A DNA stretch of 64,000 nucleotides, from NCBI GenBank assembly GCA_951406725.2, contig OX597814.1:50282001-50346000 (forward strand), given 5' to 3'. A program made the position numbers and the translations under genes. The notes under the pieces are model-generated. The model made no database searches, had not been told where the DNA came from, and saw nothing but the letters and a program-made list of their open reading frames with translations. This DNA is from Octopus vulgaris (lineage: Eukaryota). This document shows positions 1-13,368 of the stretch, piece by piece (positions within the stretch are counted from its first letter, which is position 1; each line of letters opens with the position of its first letter).

Positions 1-12
1 TGAGTTCGTGTG

Positions 13-13
13 A

Positions 14-83
<70 letters not shown>

Positions 84-265
84 CTGTATGTATGTATACG
101 CATATGTATACATACATATATATATATATATAAAATAAATACATATATATATATACATATACATATATATATATGCATGTATATATATATATATATGTGT
201 GTATATGTATATACATATATATATGTATATGTGTATATGGATGTACACACACACATACACACACA

Positions 266-329
<64 letters not shown>

Positions 330-450
330 CGCACACATATATATATAACTATACACGTATAAATATATATATATATACCACACTCACATACACACTCACA
401 AGCACACGCACTATCACACACATACGCATCACATACAAACATACACACAT
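13..450. repeat. Compound (TA)n/(TG)n/(CA)n microsatellite
   Basis: Dinucleotide runs seen directly; explains the YI/HT/CV-repeat ORFs. Confidence 0.97.
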
Positions 451-902
451 AGCTAATCTTATAACTATGTTCATAAATGCAAACACTCACATGAGATTGT
501 TGCACAGCTTTATTTTGCGATAAGTTCAACCTCTCCCATCTAACCACCCGAATGGACAGCACAGTTGTAACGTCTAGAGATTTCTTTAACTATTGGCAAC
601 GGCGTCTTTCCAGTGCTGTCATTTCTGCTGCTGTTGGTGTTGTAGCTGCTGCTGCTGCTGCTGGCGTTGTGGTTGTTGCTGTAGTTGTTGCTGTATTGCT
701 CCAACTACATCTGCTACTTCTGATGCTGTTTAATCTGGCTGCTGTTGTAGCTGCCACTGCTGCTGTTGGCCTTAACCTTAACCGACATGGTTGTCGACAT
801 CGTTGCTGGTGTCGCTCCTAAAATTGTCTGAGTGCTGTTTGAATTGTGGTGTTTCTCTTTTGTACATCTGACTATGAGACTGATTCTCTCATTCCATGCA
901 CG

Positions 903-1400
903 CATGTATGTATGTGTGTATGTATGTATGTATGTATGTATGTATGTATGTATGTATGTATGTATGTATGTATGTATGTATGTATGTATGTATGTATGTA
1001 TGTATGTATGTATGTATGTATGTATGTATGTATGTATGTATGTATGTATGTATGTATGTATGTATGTATGTATGTATGCATGCACGTATGTATGTATGTA
1101 TGCATGTATGCATGTATGTATGTGTGTATGTATGTGTGTATGTATGTATGAATGTGTGTATGTATGTGTGTATGTATGTATGTGTGTATGTATGTATGTG
1201 TGTATGTATGTGTGTATGTATGTATGTGTGTATGTATGTATGTGTGTATGTATGTATGTATGTATGTATGTATGTGTTGTGTATGTATGTATGTATGTAC
1301 TTATGTACGTACGTACATAAGTATGTGTGTACGTAAGTATGTATGTATGTATGTATGTACGTATGTATGTATGTATGTATGTATGAGTGTATGTATATAT
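903..1400. repeat. (TATG)n tetranucleotide microsatellite, degenerate at the right end
   Basis: Long perfect tatg array seen directly. Confidence 0.97.
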
Positions 1401-2098
1401 GTACAAATTTTCATATAAATGTACATGTTTTCCTTGTTTTATTCTTTGAATTTCTTACCGATGGTAAAAGAACAGGTTTCTAGCCTAGAAACAAGACTTT
1501 TATTGAAATTTAGAGCGCATAATGGATTAGTCTTGTGTATATGTAGGTATGGCTGTATGTATGTACGTATATATATATGCATGTACCAGTATGCACGTAC
1601 ATAAGCACATGTAAACGCACCCAGGGAAGCAGTCGTGGATGCCATTGCATAAATAGATCTTATTACAGGCTAAATTTTCGTGAATGATTCACATATTTTG
1701 ACAGTGCTTTTGATAGGCTTCTAGCAGTAATGTCTTGATTAGGCACGCCTTTTCTGATTTTGTGAAACACAGATTCACGCGATTCGTACTGCGGTATTTT
1801 GTCACATCAGCATTTGCTCCCATAATTATTGGTAGAAACCGAAAACTATAGTTTTCAGTACATATGTTTTAATGTAATAAGTTCATATTCGGGTATACAC
1901 CTTGTAGTATGTCATTTAAAGCCCATTCACATTATTCGACTACTTGATGTCAACAACAGTGTAGAGGTATATGCCACTGGATTTACTTCAGGAATTCCTT
2001 TGTTTCTGTACAGTTTATAAAAATATGAAAGAGAGGAAATGGAATTCAGGAGACTCTTTATTATTCACCACAATCGTTTCAACCCATCTTGTACTAAT

Positions 2099-2167
2099 GC
2101 AAGGTGAGATGCTGTGCAGGTGAGATGCCGTGCAGGTGAGATGCTGTGCAGGTGAGATGTTGTGCAA
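2099..2167. repeat. Minisatellite, 16-bp unit gcaggtgagatgctgt x4
   Basis: Four near-identical tandem units. Confidence 0.9.
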
Positions 2168-2809
2168 ACAGTTGTGGTGCATCGTAGTTGCAGATGAGTT
2201 TCGTCAGTTACTTGTCAACGGGATACGTTTTGACAAGTCACCTGTTTGTACAGTATCTCACTCGCGGGTTGAAATGGTCGTAGTGAATTATAAAGAGCCT
2301 CATGAATTCCATTTTTTCTCATATATTCTTATTTATTAATATCTGCACGTATGTATGCATGTTTGCTTATGTGCACGTGTATGATGTTCAGCCACTTTTT
2401 GTTCTCGCTTATGTAAAGCGTTAATATGGTGGTATGATGAATCTGTTGATCAGGATTGTTGATGTTTAGATTCAGGTCACTCCTGATAGAACACACCTCT
2501 AATCAAAGGTATGCTAGCCGCACTCATCTGATCTTTTCCCTATATACAGTAAGCCTCTGGATCCATTTATTATTATGTTAATGTGGTGATGTTGTATTAA
2601 GACGTGAAAGTATAGTATTTGAGTATAACGAGGAGATTCATTCTTATGCGAAGAGATACACACACTTGGGTGTGTGCATCGATGGTTCAACCAATGCACC
2701 AACTAAACCACACATTTATAAACACCGGAAACTTTCTTAACTCAAAAAGTCTTGTTGTTTTGTTAGCGACTGACTTGAACCTAAATTAAAATCTAAGAAA
2801 AACCATTGA

Positions 2810-4125
2810 AAATGCTTTTGCAGGTTGGTTCTAGTGCCCACATTTGGGATATTGCATTGGACACTTGACGAGATCGGAAGCCTGAACATCAAAACTAGAA
2901 AGGTACTGACCACCACGGCAACTTGTACATCAACAGCGACACCGATAGGATCTATGTGAGACGAGATGGTAGTGATAGAGGCATAAGGCCAGTTCAAACA
3001 GCTTCAGAATGTTGCATTTGTATCACTCAGATAACTCCTTCTGAACAGTAAAAGAAATGAATACATTCCATGTATACTCAAAAATGAGAACAACATTTTC
3101 AGAGTTGGCGAAGAACTACTGGGCAGATACTCCGAGAATATAACTCTCTTATACGACCCAAAGGAGACTAGACTGGCATGCCTAGACAGAAACTAGGAGG
3201 AGAGAGAGGCATCATACCAGCACAAACCAATGCACACGTACACAACCCGTAAGCAAGAGGATAACAACGGCATTGGCAGGAAGAATATGCTTCGCTATCC
3301 AGGAACAGGAGATAGCTATTGAATATCTGATAAACAAAAGCGACGAAGATAGCACCAAATCCCTCATGTTGTCAAAGAAAATGCCGGGTCTGCTATATCA
3401 GTGTGGAAGATATCACACACATTATCAGCAGCTACTCCAAGATGTCTACGAGATATTAGCTGCCCCCGAGGCAACAGTTGTAAAGACTATTGACGAGAGG
3501 GATTGCTTTGACGTATACATCAAAGGCATGTCAGAACCAGCATGTATTCACACCTTCAAAAAGTAGGGAATACTGGTGCAACACTGAAATAAAAACACCA
3601 TTTTGATGCAAGCATAACAGACCTGATACGGCTCCAGTGGGCAGGGGAAAAAGCCATGCACTATTGTATAGGCCAGCCGCCCAGCGTGTGTGAATGTATC
3701 CTCAAATGTCCAGGAAAAAGAGAACATTAATCGTAAATTAACGCGGAACTTACATCTCCTGTACTCTGACTATAAATTCTCATGTGTACCTATCATCATA
3801 TGTGCAGTAGGCTATGTACCTACATATTTACACAAAAACTCAGAATTATTAGGTTTTCGAAGAAAGAACGAAATAAACTGACGCGGATTCTCCAAATCCA
3901 ATCTATTAGTAGTACAGTGAAGATTTGTAAAGCATTCCAGAGATTCTCCGACCGAGATTCTCAAGATGAATAAATGCGCACACATAGGTATGTACATCGA
4001 CAGTTCAATCAACACACCAATACAGCCAACACACCAACTCAAACACATATTTCTAACAACGGGAACTCTCTTAACACGAAAAGTTTGAACTCTCGTAAGA
4101 ATTTAAATTAAACTCAAAGAAAAAC
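2810..4125 (+). mobile_element. Decayed 5'-truncated RLE-type non-LTR retrotransposon (R4/Dong-like)
   Basis: Broken frames encode FAIQEQEIAIEYL, a KHNRPD-like RLE motif and QEKENINRKLTRNLHLLYSDYKFSCVPIIICAVGYVP...KICKAFQRF; 3' UTR followed by degenerate TACA repeats. Confidence 0.8.
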
Positions 4126-4174
4126 GTACATAGATACATATATACATATATATAATCATACATAATACATACAA

Positions 4175-5183
4175 GCCCCAAAAGGTCACGCGACTCTACC
4201 GCAACGTATCATCAGATGAAAGGGTGAGCATATATGAGCAGAAGACTATGCATAGATATGTTAGTAGAAAGCTCCGAGATTATTGTAACATTGATCATCA
4301 AAGCAGTCCATCGTGGACCAATAGCCGGATTACTACCTTCCGCTTTAAAGGGTATACGTTTGCAATCCAAGAACAGGAAATATCAATCAAATACCTGATG
4401 CACAAAAGGGACAGAGATGCAGGTAAAGCAGTGAAATGTGACAACCTATGCAGACTTTGTGGAGTTAACGCCGAAGATATCACCTATATCATAAGCAGCT
4501 GTCCGAAAATGTCATCATGATTTTATCTACCGATGAAGCATAACGTGTGTATGTATGTATAATGTTGCTAAAATACTGTATAACGAGATCTGTCGAAAGG
4601 ATAACCCAGAGGACAAAGAAATAAGAACCCACATTATAGTAGAAGCCATAGCCACTCATTATAAAAAGGAGTACTGATGGAATGTCCCAGTGAAAGCTTC
4701 AATAAAATGTAAGCAACATAGACCTGATTTAATGATTTGGAATAGAGAAGAAAAACTGTGTACACTTGTGGAAGTTAACATAAAGCTGAAGATTAGTGAA
4801 AAATAGAATACCTACACTGAACTATTGAAAAATCTGCAGTTATTCCGTCATGATGACAAGTTCAGGTTTATACCTGTAATTATTGGGGCCCTGGGATATG
4901 TAACACACTGCCTAAATACCAATCTTGAGAAATTAGGCTTCTCAATACCAGAAAAGAGAAAGTTAATTCGAAGCCTACAGATCCAATCTATCAATGGAAC
5001 TGTAAAAATCTGTAAAACTTTCCAAAAGTTTAATATTTCAATATATATATGAACATGTCTAGAGATGCAACTATATGCACGAGAATACATACATAAAACA
5101 AAGCATACAAATCTACATACATACATACATACATACATACATACATACATACATACATACATACATACATACATACATACATA
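4175..5183 (+). mobile_element. Second 5'-truncated R4/Dong-like LINE ending in a (TACA)n tract
   Basis: GYTFAIQEQEISIKYL, CCHC-type knuckle CRLCGVNAEDITYIISSCPKMSS, RLE region RPDLMIWNREEKLCTLVEV, and FIPVIIGALG...KICKTFQKF; (TACA)n at about 5114-5183. Confidence 0.88.
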
Positions 5184-5461
5184 CACTGTTTATTTTGATA
5201 CGAGATCACCATGTCACTTACATATGGTTGTGATGCATGTGCCTTGCGTACCCTTATCTGACGGGTAGTAATGATGGGTATACTGAGTTTCGCATGTTTT
5301 GCCCCAGTGTCATTTTGACGGCATGCACTCCTCTCTTACATACTTACAAACAAAAATACCGTTATTGATGTTGAAATTCCAATGAAGGAGCCTTGGACCT
5401 AGGTTAGAAACCGACTCTTTCTCTCTCTTGGTAAGAAATCTTAAAATAAAACTGAATAATG

Positions 5462-5608
5462 ACATATATATATATACACACACATACATACATACAAACA
5501 TACATACACACACATATACATACATACATACATACATACATACATACATACATACATACATACATACATACATACATACATACATACATACATACATACA
5601 TACATACA
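5462..5608. repeat. (TACA)n microsatellite
   Basis: Seen directly. Confidence 0.95.
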
Positions 5609-6121
5609 TTTCATCGCCACTGCTTCTGTGTTTTTACATGCAGACACACACACAGATACACACACACACATGCATGAACGCATGCATAAAGGATGTTCTC
5701 GTTTTCACCCTATAAAAGATTATGGTCTCCTGTACATTTTCCCTGGAGACTTTAGCTGACCAGCTTCTTCACCACCATTGCTGCTAACGTTAATATATTG
5801 GTTTTAGTTGTCAAGAAGCTGTCCAGAACCATGCCAGTCAAAGTCCTCAGGGAAGCCAAATTGGAGACTATATACAGGGCGAAAATGGAAACAACATCCC
5901 GTATACATAAGTGTGTGGCTAAAACCAGAAGCTGCGTTGATGAAATGTAAATAAATCTACGTATAAATGTGTGTGCGTCTACGTGTGTGTGTATATATAT
6001 ATATGTGTGTGCGTGTGTGTGTGTGTGTGTGTGAGTGTGTGTGTGTGTGTGTATTTTTCCATTTCATCAGTGCTGCTTCTGGGTTTTTTTACATTTTCAG
6101 TTGTCGTTTTTGTTGTTGTTT

Positions 6122-6162
<41 letters not shown>

Positions 6163-6699
6163 ACTATTGTCGTTGCTGACGCTGTTTTTGTTTTCGTTCA
6201 TTATTATTTCTTTCGTCTTTCTATTAATTCTCTAGAGAATTTTTGGACCAACCTATTTGGTTCACTATTTTGTTTATTATTAAAAAAAAAAAATGTATTT
6301 GACTTTTTTATTTTGTTCTTTGTTTTGGTTTGAGAAAGAAAATTAGTAAAGTCAAGACGCTTATTTACTTTTTTTTCTTTTGTTCGGTATACTATATCTT
6401 CTAACCCGTTGAAACGTAGATAGCATTGCTATGCTATACCCAACATCACTCTTGGAGATGTATCCGGGTTTTACCTTATTTAAAATGGTTTTAAGAATAT
6501 TTGGTTGCTATTCTCTTTCAGATTGAGTGAACACATAAATGCACTCTCTAAGGCTTGTTGTGTGTTGATGAAGTGTGTTTCTGTGAAAAAGTGTAGTTTG
6601 GAGATATGAGGCTCAACGGTGGTGAAAGGAGATGTTATGTGAAATGGGTCGTTATTACGGTTATCATCAACACTATCAGAAATATCACCGCTCATTATC

Positions 6700-7470
6700 A
6701 TTACTACTCAACCATCACTGCCACCACCACCACCACCGCCAACAACAACAACAACAACACTACCACAACCGCCGTCACCACTAATACTATCAGCCAATCA
6801 ACTACGAAAACGGCCACTATTCCCACCATTTCCAATACCAAGTCAAACTATCACTGCGACCAACACTACAACCACTACAACCACACAACCACTAAAACAT
6901 CTATCACCACTAACACCACCACTCCTATCACTACTGTCCTATCAAATACGAAAACGACTACTAACAACCCAATTTCCACTACTAACAAACCAGAACTATC
7001 AGCTATCAGTGTCATCACTACTATACCTACAACTATCACCTACACCACTAATTCTACTGCCTCTACGACCATTACCATTCTCGCCATTTCCACTGCGACC
7101 CCAATTACCTTCAAATTATGGCCACCACTTCAGCCACAGCCACTACAAACACTGCTACTACGACCACTGCTACCACAACTAATTCTAATACAGTTACTTA
7201 CACTACTCCAAGATCCCCTAGAACTACTGCCACTACCTATCCATCACCAGCACAGTCACTACAATGAGACTACAACTTGTTCCATGCCATGACATTGCCA
7301 TTGCGACTACCACTACTAACAGTGGCAGTAGCCCGCACCAAAGAGAGATATGAAACCTACTTCACCATCGAATCTCAAACCAAATTCACTACCACCAACA
7401 ACAACAAACCTATAACCACTACAATACGACTACCTCCACAAAAACCACGATTACTACCACTAACAACTTG
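6700..7470. repeat. Degenerate (ACT/ACC/AAC)n trinucleotide low-complexity tract
   Basis: Decayed triplet repeat giving Thr-rich spurious ORFs. Confidence 0.85.
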
Positions 7471-8367
7471 TTAGGAAACACCGATTGTCTTCTGTCATGT
7501 AACCATAGTGATGATGGTCAAATTGTTGCGAACTGCACAGTGAAAAGGCACAGAAAATGTTAGCAAAGTGGCTCTTCATTTTACTTGGAGAATGTGAAAC
7601 TGCAGCCTCTTCCAAAGTACAGTCCCGGTTTACAACCTTTTACAAGAGGTGTCTTCTTTTGCATGTTTTGCAGTGTTGCAAAGACAAACCATGCAAATCA
7701 CACAACTCTCTTAAATCCTGGACGAGATTGGACTATGAATGCTGCACAGGAATTGTTTGATATTTAAACTCCTAATGTAAAACTCAAGCCTTCAGACGTT
7801 TAGTACGCTTTTTCAAAGAGCGTGGAAGTATTGATTTACATTTAAATTTGTTTATGTTGATTACATTCAGAGTTCAAATACTGCCTAGGCTAACTTTGTT
7901 TGCTTTCCTTTCAGGATCGATAAAATGCCGACCAGCTGAGCAGTAGTCGACGAACCCTCTCTTGCCAAATATGTCAGGCCTTGTGCCTTTAAAAGAAAGA
8001 GAGGAAAACAATTATATTTCACCAAAAATTTGTATATATTAGAACACAGTCTTTAGTGAAATTTGTCGTTACAAAGTCATGTTTTCAAAAAGATAGTCAG
8101 AGGTTTGAAAATAGATAGAAAATAGTTTCATTGTTTCATGCTTAAGTTTGTTTATATTACTAAAATATTCGGTGGTTATGCACTATGGATCGGACTGTTA
8201 ATTTTTACAATATTTAAATATATTCTAAATATTACAAAAATTAACAATTCGTAGCTGCTACATAAGTCAGCTTAAATTTGATACGTTGATAGAAGAAATT
8301 ATTTTCTATCTTCCATGGTTTTTGAAAACTTTGTTCTAACTTATCATTCTTTAACAAGAATAGTATT

Positions 8368-8410
8368 AACAGTGACTTAAAAGTTTCGGCCAGCTAAAAC
8401 ATCATCGGAC
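8368..8410 (-). ncRNA. Hammerhead-like motif, inverted partner of 8408-8454 (stem I 5' strand truncated)
   Basis: Minus strand reads gt-CCGATGA-tgttttagctggcc-GAAA-cttttaag-TC-actgtt. Confidence 0.6.
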
Positions 8411-8454
8411 AGTCCGATGATGGATTAGGTGGCCGAAACTTCGAAGTCATTGTC
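8408..8454 (+). ncRNA. Minimal type I hammerhead ribozyme, CCGAUGA core variant
   Basis: gacagt-CCGATGA-tgg..cc-GAAA-cttcgaag-TC-attgtc; stem I gacagt/attgtc, palindromic stem III, GUC triplet. Confidence 0.78.
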
Positions 8455-8490
8455 AAAACTATTTTTGAAAAAGAATAAGGTGTGTGTATG

Positions 8491-8573
<83 letters not shown>

Positions 8574-8844
8574 CGAGAGAGAGAGAGAGAAACATATATA
8601 TGTATATGTGCGAGCGTACTCGCCTATAACAGACCAAATGCTGACCATGTTTAGTAGACGTTACCTTCGAACGTGCCATACTTTTGGAGCGTTACTGTAT
8701 CACCAACAAGTCGTGTGGAGGCAATTTTATTTTCTTGTGGAGTTATTCAGAAAACTTATGGTATTATGTCTTCTAATGCAAAACAACCAGTTAGAAAAAG
8801 AGAGAAAGAGAAAGAGAGAGAGAGGAGGAGGAGGAGAACATTTT

Positions 8845-9134
8845 TAAGTGATGTAAAATTGGTCACCAAGTGGTATACACATATACCATTCTGCCTAAAA
8901 AATGGACCTACAACTTCAATATCCCTATATATCTCACATCTATTTTCTTTCCTCCACCTCACTCTCTATTTTGTATCCTATCTAAATTAAGTATTACTTA
9001 ACCATCCTCTCACACCGTCTCCGATGAAGGGATATAATCAATAAATATCCTGGAAACAGTTGTAAGACGTTCTATCTATAAATGTTCTAATATATACACA
9101 GCCTTGGTTTTTATCTCATTATGCAAAAAATTCT

Positions 9135-9136
<2 letters not shown>
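8845..9136 (+). mobile_element. Penelope-like 3' end (pLTR) fragment ending at (TA)n
   Basis: Degenerate KLVTK..FCLKN ORF tail, internal HHR, abuts (TA)n at about 9136. Confidence 0.6.
9016..9069 (+). ncRNA. Minimal type I hammerhead ribozyme, CCGAUGA core variant
   Basis: cgtct-CCGATGA-agggatat..atatcctg-GAAA-cagttg-TA-agacg; 5-bp stem I, long stem II, GUA triplet. Confidence 0.8.
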
Positions 9137-9167
<31 letters not shown>

Positions 9168-10093
9168 ACATCAGCAAGAACAATGTCGCACTAAGTTTGA
9201 GCGCATTTGAATTAAAAGAGACACACGGAAAGAAGGACGCAAATTAAGTAAAATAAGTAATAAAAGTACGGATGAAATGATATTTACACAAGTGTAGTGA
9301 TTATATTAGACTCCCTCGAGATATCACCATACAAATGTTATCTCAAGAGATTATAATATAATCACTAATATTAAAATAATTTTAAACTTATAATTATTGT
9401 TGAAATAGTTTTTCCTCGCTGAAAAGATTAAGTCACTTCTTTTCAATTACTATAAGGACAAACAATGTTTTCTACAGACAGACATTTTTCTTATGTATAA
9501 TGTGAACGGAATTCGTTAAACGGAAACTATTTATGTATGTGTGTATGTATGTATGTAGGTACGTACGTACGTATGTATATATGTATGTATATGTATGAAT
9601 GTATGTATGTATGTATGTATGTATGTATGTATGTATGTATGTATGTATGTATGTATGTATGTATGTATGCGTGAATGTATGTATGTATATATGTATGTAT
9701 GTATGTAACGGTCTACATATTTTCCAAAATATATTTTCTACGTCGATATCGTACGATTTAAACTAAATTTGACTGTTGTATATAACCGGTCACATGCTTA
9801 CATAGAAACCTTTTTCTCGTTGTTCAAATTTATCTTTGATGTTGTCGTTTCGTCCCAGGTCAGTTGCAGTTGAAAAAACATTAAAAGGTTTTCCAATCAT
9901 AACAATCCCGTTGTTTCTATATAAGGAATTCTATTTTATTTTAGGGTGTGACTAGGGAGTTTTGATTTCTGTTTTCAGTTTGTCCAATGACAACGGAAAT
10001 TTTATCAGCGATTATCAGACCCTGACATATCTGAAGGTAAAAGTATTTTACCAAAAGTGCATGCAATACGTCTGTTTTATTATTTATGTAAAC

Positions 10094-10311
10094 ACGAGAG
10101 GTTGCTGAAAAGTTCCTGGCTTTAAGGGTATCGTGAAACGAAAGGTTAGAGACCCAACTTTCCGAGTTCTGTTACAGGGCTTAGTAAAATTGAAGGACTG
10201 CGGCAATTAGTGTGTGAATCTGAGAGGGGATTATTTTGGATAAAATCATAAATAACTGATCCTCCTGTATTTTCTTTTACCCAAAGCTATGAACTTTTCA
10301 GCATCCCCTAT
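10094..10311 (+). mobile_element. Mariner-derived MITE with about 33-bp TIRs
   Basis: Left gaggttgctgaaaagttcctggctttaagggta is inverted relative to right tacccaaagctatgaacttttcagcatcccc; interior resembles the mariner transposase C-terminus (CVNLRGDY). Confidence 0.8.
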
Positions 10312-10579
10312 AAAAGCAATATATATATATATACAACTGTGTAAAATTGCATAAAAACAAAAATTACTTATATGCTGAATTTGGAATGACTTTCTATCTT
10401 ATCTATTGTTTAGCAACATAGTCTCATTTTAATGACAATACATTTTAATAATAAAATTAGCCAACAAATATCAAAAATAATATCAGACGGGAATCTATCT
10501 ACTTCCATCGGCTATTATCATCATGACGTCAGCTATATGCATCAATTTTTATATGTGCGCGTGTGTACACATACATACA

Positions 10580-11220
10580 CACAGGCGGGTATTACCGAAA
10601 ATAATACAAAATTGGTCATGATATTTACTAACTGATACAGGTTGTTAGAGCGAATCTATGGTCACTTCTATTCTTGTTCATTGCAAGCAAATAATTGATT
10701 ATAAGCAGAAGTAAGTCCGGTTATTGAGTTCTTGACGAAGTGGGATGCAGGTTATCCGATACCTACAGAAACCTACAAGTTGTTTACGGAGATGACGCCA
10801 AAGACTATATTCACAAATAGATGAAGAAATTTAAAGGCAGGTAATGCAGCATTTAAGGGAAACCAGGCAGTAAAACACCAATAGCTGCGACCAGTTTGTT
10901 TATCCCCACGAGTTTATGAGTCCACTCGTGAGTATAGAAAAATCAGATCAGTGAGGAGCTTGCAGCATAACTGGACGGAGGTAACAATGCATTACAGAAG
11001 ATGGTAGGAGACATTGGGTGCCTGAACGTCCGTGCAAAATTCGTACAAAAGAGTACACAATGTTTTTAAAAAGAATTAGAGTGTAGGTTCAGTGATGGTG
11101 CAAACGTATCACTTGTGATGGAAACTATGTTGAGAAGCACTTTTGTAAAAATGAACTGTTATTCAACCAATATTTGCAATTTGAACTACGTACGTCAGTT
11201 AATAAAATGGTTATACGCAC
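10580..11220 (+). mobile_element. Internally deleted mariner-like remnant
   Basis: Decayed VIEFLTK..VVYGDDA..KKFKG N-terminal HTH region and DGNYVEK C-terminus; boundaries approximate. Confidence 0.6.
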
Positions 11221-11299
11221 TTTGCGCTACTTGAGGTATAACCTTCGTGTATATGTATATATGTATATAAATAAATACATACACACGTGGACACGCAGG

Positions 11300-11333
<34 letters not shown>

Positions 11334-12359
11334 CACACACACATGCACGCACATACACACACATATATAGATATGTATATCTGCGTAGTGAAAGATAAGA
11401 GGATCAATCATATAGATCAATGCGAAACACACGACGTGTGTCGACTAGACTCAAAAACTTCAAGAATACAAACCATACAGGTCAGTGGTTAGGGCTAAGA
11501 TGAATCAATATTTCCCTGGTATCCAGTATTCGGCAAATCCAGAGGTATACAAGGGTTACTAGTACGTTAAATAACGAAGTTATATGTATTTCTGACCAAG
11601 TTCTTAGAACTTTTTTTGTGAATATAAGTGAAGATTTCATTCGGTGTGTAGCAGAGATAACATACAGAATGGTTTAACTTTAAAGAAGAATTTACAAATT
11701 TAGCGATTGCAATGTTGTTGCCTATAGTTATTTTGAACCTTTAGTTTCTACAAATTCTTTATTTTATCGATTTATTAAAAATAAAAATGGCGGCATTTTA
11801 ACTCAGAACTTGAAGATACGTGACATGAAAGGGATAACATTTTTCCGGTACTCAAGCTAATTTCCACTTCATCCGACAGCGCTAACAATAATTTCTAATA
11901 GAAGCAACAGGTTATCGGTTTTATTGAGCCTCCATATTGAGTTGTATCCCTTTAGGTTCCGAGTTCAAAACCTGCCGACATACTGTGTTATTTTAAGTCT
12001 CTTTACATAATTTGCTACCCCTTGCACTATTTATACCCTGTACTATTTATACCTAACAACGCAAGTATTGGTTCAAAATCTTTAGCCGATTTGTTCTCTA
12101 GCGATACTTGTCTCTAAGTGAATCTGACTCGCCACTACAATGTTCTCTTATATATTCCTTCTGTTTTCCAACAATATTCTTTTTTCTGTTTTTCTTTATT
12201 TTTCTCTTTTTATTTTTCTTTGACAGACTTTGCTGTCATAGAATCGTTAAAGTTACTTAGTTTCTTTTAAAGCCCCCACTCCTATTTCAATGTAATATTC
12301 TCCTTAACCCTCTCATTTCCATATATCACTTTGTTTTAGTATATTCTGACGCGCATACA

Positions 12360-12414
<55 letters not shown>

Positions 12415-12914
12415 TTTCTTAATCCTCTCCTATTCTATTTCGTCTGTGAATTTTTTTTGTTTTGATTTCCCAATAGGTTAATATTTTTATCATATACATA
12501 TATATATATATATACACTTTCATTTTGAATATTTTACTTTATTTTTCACCATCAATATCTTCAACAAAGGAAAACAGCAACAGTAATAATAATTCTTTAT
12601 AGCAACAACAAATTCTAACATTGGCAAGACCACGACATTTGGTGCCGGGTACGGTTAATCAAATTAACACAAGTACTTGACTGCTGCTGCTGCTTGTTTT
12701 TATCATACCCTGGTGGATAAAATCTTAAGTAGACACCGGTGGGATTTGAACTCAGGATAGAAAAAATATTCTACTTAAAAGTTTCCGCCACAATTACATT
12801 TACACGCGCGAATTCAGATGAACACAGTTACAAGCATGAAATCTGTTTTAAAATGTACCTATTCCTTAAAGAGAGGAACTGAGATACAGAGAGTAGTGCT
12901 TTGCCTTTCCACTA

Positions 12915-13035
12915 TAGGTGCAAGGTCTTAAATTTTGGAGAAGGGGTCCAGTTGATTACATCGATCCCAGTTTTTCACTGGTACTTAATTTATCAACCTC
13001 GAAAGGATGAAAGGTAAAGTCGATTTCGGCGGGGA
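12915..13035 (-). mobile_element. SINE fragment (family of 36004-36235)
   Basis: ctggtacttaatttatcaacctcgaaaggatgaaaggtaaagtcgatttcggcgg matches the other copies. Confidence 0.75.
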
Positions 13036-13039
13036 ATAG

Positions 13040-13329
13040 AGCTTTACCTAAAAAACACGATAACACACCGGCATCAAATGTGAACACGCAGCTAATTGGC
13101 TTGCTATAGCACGAACGAATCTTGCAGCCTAGAACGAAATCCCCAAGTTGGTTGAAAACTACAGGCTCATTGCTTGCCTAATCAGGTGCACAAACTGTAC
13201 ACAAGCCGCACCGACTAATTCCTCTAGGATCATTGCGGGTCCAAACAACACAGTGACTAATGAGCAGGACGGTAGAAGAAATCTGGGGATGTGCCGAGCA
13301 ACTTTTGATAAACAAAGTGGTGCTGTCTG

Positions 13330-13368
<39 letters not shown>

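Noticed and set aside
48-1418. Many ORFs of 60-230 aa here and throughout the window ([16 protein letters not shown], poly-L/N/F)
   Set aside because: Translations of microsatellites that lack stop codons; no coding signal
6606-7474. Thr-rich mucin-like ORF
   Set aside because: Decayed (ACT/ACC)n repeat; no signal peptide, domain or splice support visible
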